Below, piece by piece: positions 58,019 to 64,000 of a stretch of 64,000 nt of DNA; the stretch's first letter is position 1; each line of letters begins with the position of its first letter. Origin of the DNA: a virus; IMG/VR virus record IMGVR_UViG_3300035181_001203, positions 1 to 64,000 of that record. One strand, 5' to 3'. A program made the translations under genes and the position numbers. Below the pieces are notes generated by a model. It was given only the letters and a program-made list of their open reading frames with translations, was not told the origin of the DNA and did no database searches.

Positions 58019-58312
58019 TTGAGTAATCCAATAATTAAAACCAATCATCAGCCTAGACCAGTAATATTTTTTAGTGAAATTCCAGAAGCTATTAGAGTTA
58101 ATGAATTTAATTATTATACTGAAAAAGATTATGTAGGATGTTTTTTTAAATATAAAGGTTGTTATTATGATGTATTACAATTTGTACGTCTTAATAAAAA
58201 TTCTTCTTTTCCAGGGTGGGATGGTATTATGAATCAAAGTTTCTTTTCTGGTTTATTACTTAAATGGTGCAATAATCCTGATTATGTTGTTATTGGAAGG
58301 TATTGCTTATGA
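58019..58312 (+). CDS. Hypothetical phage protein
   Basis: TTG start with AGGAG RBS. Confidence 0.65.
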   Translation: MSNPIIKTNHQPRPVIFFSEIPEAIRVNEFNYYTEKDYVGCFFKYKGCYYDVLQFVRLNKNSSFPGWDGIMNQSFFSGLLLKWCNNPDYVVIGRYCL

Positions 58313-58500
58313 AACTTTTTCTATTAGCCTACTTCGCTGTAACAACTTGCACTACGATTTATTGTTTTGAGAAAAAGAAGGTATATTTTGATATAGACTC
58401 TGTTATTGACTGGTTTTTCTTATTTATGATGTTGTCAGGTATTTCTATTTGTATTGCTATAACAACAAAACAATCGAGGGTTAATCGAAATGTTCTTTAA
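58309..58500 (+). CDS. Small membrane protein
   Basis: Two hydrophobic segments; ATGA-coupled. Confidence 0.5.
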   Translation: MKLFLLAYFAVTTCTTIYCFEKKKVYFDIDSVIDWFFLFMMLSGISICIAITTKQSRVNRNVL

Positions 58501-58684
58501 AACCTTAAAACGCATTGCTGTAGCATTAGAGCAAAACAATATTCTTCAAGAACGGATCTTACAAGAAGTCACTGATCTTAAATTATATACTGTTGCCAAT
58601 TATAAAATGCTTAAGGAAGATTTTGAATCTACTCATACAATACCTTATTCTGAAGCCAGTGAATCTAACCCTCAAAAGGATTAA
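58490..58684 (+). CDS. Hypothetical protein
   Basis: GAGG RBS; in operon. Confidence 0.55.
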   Translation: MFFKTLKRIAVALEQNNILQERILQEVTDLKLYTVANYKMLKEDFESTHTIPYSEASESNPQKD

Positions 58685-58689
58685 TTCAG

Positions 58690-59073
58690 ATGACTTATAA
58701 TGATTTAGTAGTTGAAGTATTTCCTAATGCAACAACTGAAGATTGCGAAAAGCTTCTCTGGTATTGCAAAGCATTTCCTTTCTGTGATGTTGAACACACT
58801 AAGCGTCAGCTTAAAGAGATTTATGAGCGATCCGGCGGTAACGTCAGTGTCGCAATAGCCCTTGCTCATGATGATATTGATACAGCAATAACAGAGGCTC
58901 ATCAATCGGAGATCAACGCAGCTATGGATATAAATCTATCTTATGATTATAATAAAGATATTTACCTTCTCTGGTTAAAAAATATCCCACATGGAATCAA
59001 TCATTGGGAAATGAGAAGATTAAATGAATTATGCCAACAAGCATATTTAATTAAGAATAAAGAAGCTTTATGA
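58690..59073 (+). CDS. Hypothetical protein
   Basis: 127-aa ORF. Confidence 0.6.
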   Translation: MTYNDLVVEVFPNATTEDCEKLLWYCKAFPFCDVEHTKRQLKEIYERSGGNVSVAIALAHDDIDTAITEAHQSEINAAMDINLSYDYNKDIYLLWLKNIPHGINHWEMRRLNELCQQAYLIKNKEAL

Positions 59074-59155
59074 GCGTATCTTTAATGATTATTTATCATA
59101 GTTTTATTAGAAATATAGAAGAATGAGATAAACCTAATTCAAATGGAGCAGAAAT

Positions 59156-59533
59156 ATGAGCGTGACATATTTTGGATTTGCCGCAATTTGGGAAGATGGT
59201 GTAAATCTTGGCTACTCAACAAACTTAATGGACATAGCGACTAACGCCGCATTAGTTAATCTTGCAGGACAAGAGGAAACTAAAGTAGGTATTATAACCA
59301 ATATAGAGTTGTTTGAAGAGCTATTTAATGAATCTATTTTGTCTTCAGTAGATGAAACAGATAATTCAGAAGATTATAAGATTGATAAGCTAGATAAGAT
59401 TTATAAGAGAGCTTGTTCTCTCATTGAATCACAACCTGACGATAACTTTTACCTTGCATATATTGAACGAGAGCATGTTACATTATTCTATAATGGTAAC
59501 TTAATGCCTTCCACTGAACAGGATGCAAAATGA
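59156..59533 (+). CDS. Acidic hypothetical protein
   Basis: GGAG RBS. Confidence 0.6.
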   Translation: MSVTYFGFAAIWEDGVNLGYSTNLMDIATNAALVNLAGQEETKVGIITNIELFEELFNESILSSVDETDNSEDYKIDKLDKIYKRACSLIESQPDDNFYLAYIEREHVTLFYNGNLMPSTEQDAK

Positions 59534-59880
59534 AAAAGATTATTGACAAAGGCCGTGAACCTGTGATACACTATTTCTGTGATGGTTGTAAAAGGCAGAT
59601 AGCTAATCCTCCAGAGAATCTTAGTTACTCTCTACAAGTGGTCGGTAACTTTGGATTTGGTTCAGGGCATGATGGATTAATATTTAATCATGCATACTGT
59701 GAAGATTGTGGTATAAAAGCAATCAAAGCTATTGAATCATCTTTGAAAATTGAGATTAAAGCTGGTGACAATATTCTGTTCGATTGCGATACAGAAGATT
59801 GTGATACAGACGAAGCACAATCTCAACAAAATATTGATGAAGTTGGAATTCCTAAAGATGTATTAGAAGGATGGGATTAA
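59530..59880 (+). CDS. Hypothetical CxxC...CxxC protein
   Basis: CDGC and CEDC; acidic tail. Confidence 0.6.
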   Translation: MKKIIDKGREPVIHYFCDGCKRQIANPPENLSYSLQVVGNFGFGSGHDGLIFNHAYCEDCGIKAIKAIESSLKIEIKAGDNILFDCDTEDCDTDEAQSQQNIDEVGIPKDVLEGWD

Positions 59881-59881
59881 T

Positions 59882-60316
59882 ATGATTGGTCATTTACTTA
59901 CTCCAAATCAAACAATGGAAGTTAATGTAGAACCTTTTAAAGTTACAGTTTTTGATGATACAACTTATGGGCTTCTTATTAGAGAAACTCCTGTTGAAAA
60001 ACACGTTACTCACCAACTACTTCTTAAAAAAGAAAAATATATTGAGCTTATTAATAATTTAGCTGCAAATATTAATATGTGTATTACTCCAGATCCTTCA
60101 TCTAAACTGCGCGAGGATGATATTTTATCAGATCACAACTTTCTTGATTGTGAAATAGAGCTATCAAGAGCTTTAAACACAGAAGGTAAAGTTTCTTGGA
60201 ATGATATGATTGCAATAGTTAAACGCCAACGAGAAACTTTACTTGCACTCGCTTGTCTTGGCAATGAAATGGCTAAAGATGGATTAAAGTGGTATCAATA
60301 TGGATTAAATGCATAG
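59882..60316 (+). CDS. Hypothetical protein
   Basis: 144-aa ORF. Confidence 0.6.
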   Translation: MIGHLLTPNQTMEVNVEPFKVTVFDDTTYGLLIRETPVEKHVTHQLLLKKEKYIELINNLAANINMCITPDPSSKLREDDILSDHNFLDCEIELSRALNTEGKVSWNDMIAIVKRQRETLLALACLGNEMAKDGLKWYQYGLNA

Positions 60317-60436
60317 ATAAACTTCCTCTAATTAACAAGTATATTTTAATTGTAGATAAAGAAGATTAAATAAAACTAGTTTATTGCTTTAATATTGAAT
60401 TGTCTTCATTGTCTTCATTACCTTCAAAGGATTAAT

Positions 60437-60796
60437 ATGTCCTTCCCAACCTTAAAAGAAATGCAATTACAAATGGAAGTGGATCAACTTAGAGCAGAAT
60501 TACGCAGAGCAGAGTCTAAGACGGTCCACATTACAAGAGATTACCTTAATGCTGATATGATGATTCATGATAATAAACATTATAGACTAAATCCTTATAT
60601 AGAAGTACAAGGTAATTCAGCAATGCAACGTGGCGAAAACTTTATTGCACGTTGGAAACGATATGATGAAGAAAGTTATCATCAGATTTTATATAAAGCA
60701 GATTTTGTAACCATTACTCCAGAGGCAGCAGATCATATATTAGAAGATATGCTTAGAAGTTGTCTTATTCATATAATTAAATCGAAAGTAAATTAA
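60437..60796 (+). CDS. Hypothetical protein
   Basis: Likely start MSFPTLKE after AAGGA. Confidence 0.55.
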   Translation: MSFPTLKEMQLQMEVDQLRAELRRAESKTVHITRDYLNADMMIHDNKHYRLNPYIEVQGNSAMQRGENFIARWKRYDEESYHQILYKADFVTITPEAADHILEDMLRSCLIHIIKSKVN

Positions 60797-60844
60797 TGAC
60801 AATAGAACGTAATATTAATATATTATTATTGGAATACTATCATC

Positions 60845-61435
60845 ATGAAGCATAATAATGTAGAAATAGAACGTAAATATCTTTCTTATGCAGAAATGTA
60901 TGAAGATAGTGTTCCTGATAAGATTTATTATAAAACATCGGTTTCACATGATCGTTATTATGTTACACCAAATGGACTTTTACGTTTACGTGATGATCAA
61001 GAAAAAGGTATTGAATTAACAGCTAAGACTTACAAAAATAATAATCTTCATAGAAGAGAAATTAATTTACCAATGATTGCAACAATTGATATTAAAGATT
61101 GTTTAGAATTTGCAGAGGTAGCTGGATGGACATTAAGACTTGAATTTAAGCAAGAACTACAGATTTGGATCTGTCCAACTGTCGTTGTTTCTCAAACAAT
61201 TATTACAGATCTTGATGGAAAACCTTATAGATTTTCAAAAGAACTCAATTGCATTACAGATCATTATGCTTTTAGAAAAGCTCAATTTGTAGAAATAGAA
61301 GCATTAGATTCAGCAGATGAAAAGTTTGCAATATCAGAAATTAGACGTTATCAAAAAATCTTGAATCTTAAATCTTCTGATATAATTAAATACTCTCTGG
61401 TGCAGCTCTTTGGCGCATTCCCGTTAAAAGGATAG
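60845..61435 (+). CDS. CYTH / triphosphate tunnel metalloenzyme (class IV adenylate cyclase-like)
   Basis: VEIERKY, DRYY, LRLR, LTAK, RREIN, FVEIE, YS. Confidence 0.85.
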   Translation: MKHNNVEIERKYLSYAEMYEDSVPDKIYYKTSVSHDRYYVTPNGLLRLRDDQEKGIELTAKTYKNNNLHRREINLPMIATIDIKDCLEFAEVAGWTLRLEFKQELQIWICPTVVVSQTIITDLDGKPYRFSKELNCITDHYAFRKAQFVEIEALDSADEKFAISEIRRYQKILNLKSSDIIKYSLVQLFGAFPLKG

Positions 61436-61438
61436 ATT

Positions 61439-61648
61439 ATGGTAAACGCACACTATTTTATTAAACTTGAAACTCCTAATTCTAATGAATACTTTTTGAG
61501 TATTAATGGAGCAGATATTAAGACAGTACCTGAAATGTCTGATGCTGTTCCATTTGATACTCTTGAGTCTGCAACAGCTTTAATTAATTATGTTCTTCCT
61601 ACTCCGTTAATGGGTTCTTGGAAAGTGGTGAAGAGTGGGACTAATTAA
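61439..61648 (+). CDS. Hypothetical protein
   Basis: 69-aa ORF. Confidence 0.5.
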   Translation: MVNAHYFIKLETPNSNEYFLSINGADIKTVPEMSDAVPFDTLESATALINYVLPTPLMGSWKVVKSGTN

Positions 61649-62132
61649 TTTATTTATTTCTAAAAAATTATCAAAAGAAAAAAAGACCGAAATACCTTTA
61701 GAACCCTCTTCTATGGGGAGGGTTCTAAAGGAAATTTCTGAAGTAGGATTATCACATACAGAAACTGAAATTCTTAAAAATCTTTATAAAACAGTTCTTG
61801 TAATACCTGAACAAAAAAATAGGTTGGAAATAATTCTTTATTTAAAGAAATTAATTTTAGATGTTCCATTAACACCAGTAATAAATCCAATGGAAACTGG
61901 TGAGTTTATTTCTCATTCAAAAACAAATTTTCAATCATCACGCTGTAAATCTTTGTGGTCAATAGATGGTGGAAAAAATTGGTATGATGTAGATGGTTAT
62001 ATACCTTTGAAGTATAAAATTTATCGTTGGATACATAAAAATATTTTTCGCCTATCACAGAAAACTCCTGCTTTTATAACATCACGAATGATACCTTATG
62101 TCAACTTCCCCTACATTAAAAATATCGAATAG
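61635..62132 (+). CDS. Hypothetical protein
   Basis: 165-aa ORF; FQSSRCKSLWSIDGGKNWYD. Confidence 0.55.
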   Translation: MGLINLFISKKLSKEKKTEIPLEPSSMGRVLKEISEVGLSHTETEILKNLYKTVLVIPEQKNRLEIILYLKKLILDVPLTPVINPMETGEFISHSKTNFQSSRCKSLWSIDGGKNWYDVDGYIPLKYKIYRWIHKNIFRLSQKTPAFITSRMIPYVNFPYIKNIE

Positions 62133-62278
62133 TATTATTCTAAGTAAGAACAAGCTATTTCCCTCTAAAATAGAAGGATATAAAGTTATTTATATAATGA
62201 AGAAAACCCATAAAACATATTGTAATGTTTGTGCTTCTAAATTTAAAGACGATGTATTAACTGGAAAATTAGCTTTTT

Positions 62279-62731
62279 TTGAAGATGATCAAAACCTTAA
62301 ATGTAATTATTGCAAGAAAGGAATTTGAAGTGGATGAATCAAACATTGAACATATCGTTGAGACAGTCAAAGATCGTCAACCAGATGTAGCTGAAGAAAT
62401 TGTTTCTGCATTAACATTTCCAGGGGTTGACTTTATTTTTCAAATTTCAAGAGAAGAGACTTGGGAAGGAGAATGGATTTTCCGTGTTTATAATTTTACG
62501 CTGACAGCTTTTGATGAAATTAGTGAACTTAAATATATGCATTTAAGAGAATTAATGATGAATGCATTTACTTCTTATAATGATGGTGATATGTTATCAT
62601 TAAAAGTTAAAATTGACGAAATGATGGATTACTGGAAACTTCAAGAGTTTAAGATCAAGACAGCCTATAGGTCACAGAAAGATGGTGTTAATCTAAAACC
62701 ACAGAAAGATGGTGTTAATATAAAACTATAA
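62279..62731 (+). CDS. Hypothetical acidic protein
   Basis: 150-aa ORF; start may be GTG 62330. Confidence 0.55.
   Translation: MKMIKTLNVIIARKEFEVDESNIEHIVETVKDRQPDVAEEIVSALTFPGVDFIFQISREETWEGEWIFRVYNFTLTAFDEISELKYMHLRELMMNAFTSYNDGDMLSLKVKIDEMMDYWKLQEFKIKTAYRSQKDGVNLKPQKDGVNIKL
62673..62726 (+). repeat. 27-bp tandem duplication
   Basis: CACAGAAAGATGGTGTTAAT(C/A)TAAAAC twice. Confidence 0.9.
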
Positions 62732-62747
62732 CAATTAAGGATATTAT

Positions 62748-63053
62748 ATGGATCCCATAACTATACAAGAAATGCACAATCATCATATAGAAGTTTACAA
62801 TAAGCTAACAAGTTTTTGTGCTCCTATGGGCTATCCTAACATCCCACAATTTGATAATCTTGTTCAAGAATTAGCTAAAAGTCAAACAATTCTTAAGCAT
62901 ATCCAAAATATGCTTTGTCATGAGTTTACTTCTATTGATTCAAAATTTGATCCATTGATTCTTTGTAATGATTTTGATAAATGGAGAGATGTAATTTTGA
63001 TTCTTCAACAAAAAATTTCTGGAGCATCAACAGTAGCAAAAAGGAATAGATAA
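62748..63053 (+). CDS. Hypothetical protein
   Basis: AAGGA RBS. Confidence 0.55.
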   Translation: MDPITIQEMHNHHIEVYNKLTSFCAPMGYPNIPQFDNLVQELAKSQTILKHIQNMLCHEFTSIDSKFDPLILCNDFDKWRDVILILQQKISGASTVAKRNR

Positions 63054-63496
63054 TGTTTGAATTTATTAAAATGTATGATGATGTAGAATTACCACAATAC
63101 AAAACAATGAAATCTAGCGGTCTTGATATTAAGGCTTACATTAAAAATGATTATAATAAAATAATTATTCCTTCAATGAGTCATGCTTTAATTTCTACTG
63201 GATTAAAATTAAAATTTAAAACAGATGTTGGGACACTAAATGTTGAAGCACAAATTAGAGGAAGATCTGGATTAGCGTTAAATCATCAAGTTATAGTCTT
63301 AAACTCCCCTGGAACTATTGACGAAGATTATGAGGGCGAGATTAAGATTATTTTATTCAATTTATCAGAAAGTCATTATACCGTTCGTCACGGTGATAGA
63401 ATTGCACAAATAGTTTTTTGTAATATTTTACGTCATCATAAATATATCCAAAATTCTATTCGTGGTGAAGGTGGTTTTGGATCAACTGGGAAATAA
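63053..63496 (+). CDS. dut: Trimeric dUTPase
   Basis: SGLDI, GRSGLA, GTIDEDYEGEI, GDRIAQ, RGEGGFGSTG. Confidence 0.97.
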   Translation: MFEFIKMYDDVELPQYKTMKSSGLDIKAYIKNDYNKIIIPSMSHALISTGLKLKFKTDVGTLNVEAQIRGRSGLALNHQVIVLNSPGTIDEDYEGEIKIILFNLSESHYTVRHGDRIAQIVFCNILRHHKYIQNSIRGEGGFGSTGK

Positions 63497-63535
63497 AATA
63501 ACTGTAAATCATCTTATAATTAAGGAGATTGATTA

Positions 63536-63814
63536 ATGGACTTCTCACAAGCTTTAATCCTTTGTAAATCTGGCTCTAAAATTACTCGTACTGGTTGGAA
63601 TGGTAAAAATATGTATGTAGTTTACCAGAAAGGCTATCCAGAAGGTATTAATATTAATAAAAATACTGCTGAAGCTACCGGCATTCCGGAAGGAACGCTT
63701 TGCAAGTTTACCCCATATCTAATGATGAAAACCGCAGATACAGATCCCACCTTCTGCCCCTGGTTAGCTTCTCAAACTGATATTTTGGCTGAAGATTGGA
63801 TTGTTTTACCATAA
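63536..63814 (+). CDS. DUF2829 / Tad2-like anti-Thoeris sponge protein
   Basis: MDFSQAL...G.KITRTGWNGKNMYV...PYLMMKT...PWLASQTDILAEDW. Confidence 0.85.
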   Translation: MDFSQALILCKSGSKITRTGWNGKNMYVVYQKGYPEGININKNTAEATGIPEGTLCKFTPYLMMKTADTDPTFCPWLASQTDILAEDWIVLP

Positions 63815-64000
63815 TGACTTGGGCAACCTATCAAAAAACTATTAGGACTGATTGTGGGTCCGTAAAAATTTGGTATAAACGAAAAGATGGAACGACTTTT
63901 TATTTAAATCCACATCTTATTAGAGAACGTAAAATTGGTTGGATGGCGATTAAAGGAATTGTTAAGGCTCATAAAGAAAAAGATGCAATTATTAATGCTA
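63814..64000 (+). CDS. Hypothetical protein (truncated by window end)
   Basis: MTWATYQKTIRTDCG..., coupled via TAATG, open to the end of the window. Confidence 0.55.
   Translation, partial: MTWATYQKTIRTDCGSVKIWYKRKDGTTFYLNPHLIRERKIGWMAIKGIVKAHKEKDAIINA

Noticed and set aside
1-64000. CRISPR array, DGR, integrase or transposon
   Set aside because: No regularly spaced repeats, reverse transcriptase, TR/VR pair or recombinase seen

Overview
This AT-rich window comes from a large contractile-tailed (jumbo-type) bacteriophage. From 1 to 55.4 kb, mostly on the minus strand, it encodes a class II ribonucleotide reductase (truncated), a 1993-aa RNA polymerase with beta and beta' fused in one chain, and a phage sigma factor. 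The same stretch holds three glycine-zipper proteins sharing an MSLIKLA leader, baseplate parts, many fibre/decoration proteins, an SLT lysozyme, a tape measure and a tail chaperone with a -1 frameshift. Two plus-strand islands interrupt it: a Kelch lipoprotein gene, and a ~3.8-kb RNA island (14.7-18.5 kb). The island holds six tRNAs whose anticodons fit A-ending codons, interleaved with heavily base-paired non-coding segments of about 810, 510, 190 and 120 nt that I cannot assign to a known family. At 55.4-56.1 kb the coding strand switches across an A20/(AAT)n tract and a GC-rich ~200-nt stem. Plus-strand early/accessory genes follow (AbrB-like, CYTH, dUTPase, Tad2/DUF2829). A fixed-spacing GCAA-N15-TGTTATAA motif precedes four plus-strand units. 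The best candidates for new biology are the large tRNA-interleaved ncRNAs, the fused RNAP plus sigma system, and the MSLIKLA/KxA leader system. All calls come from reading motifs by eye; no searches were run.
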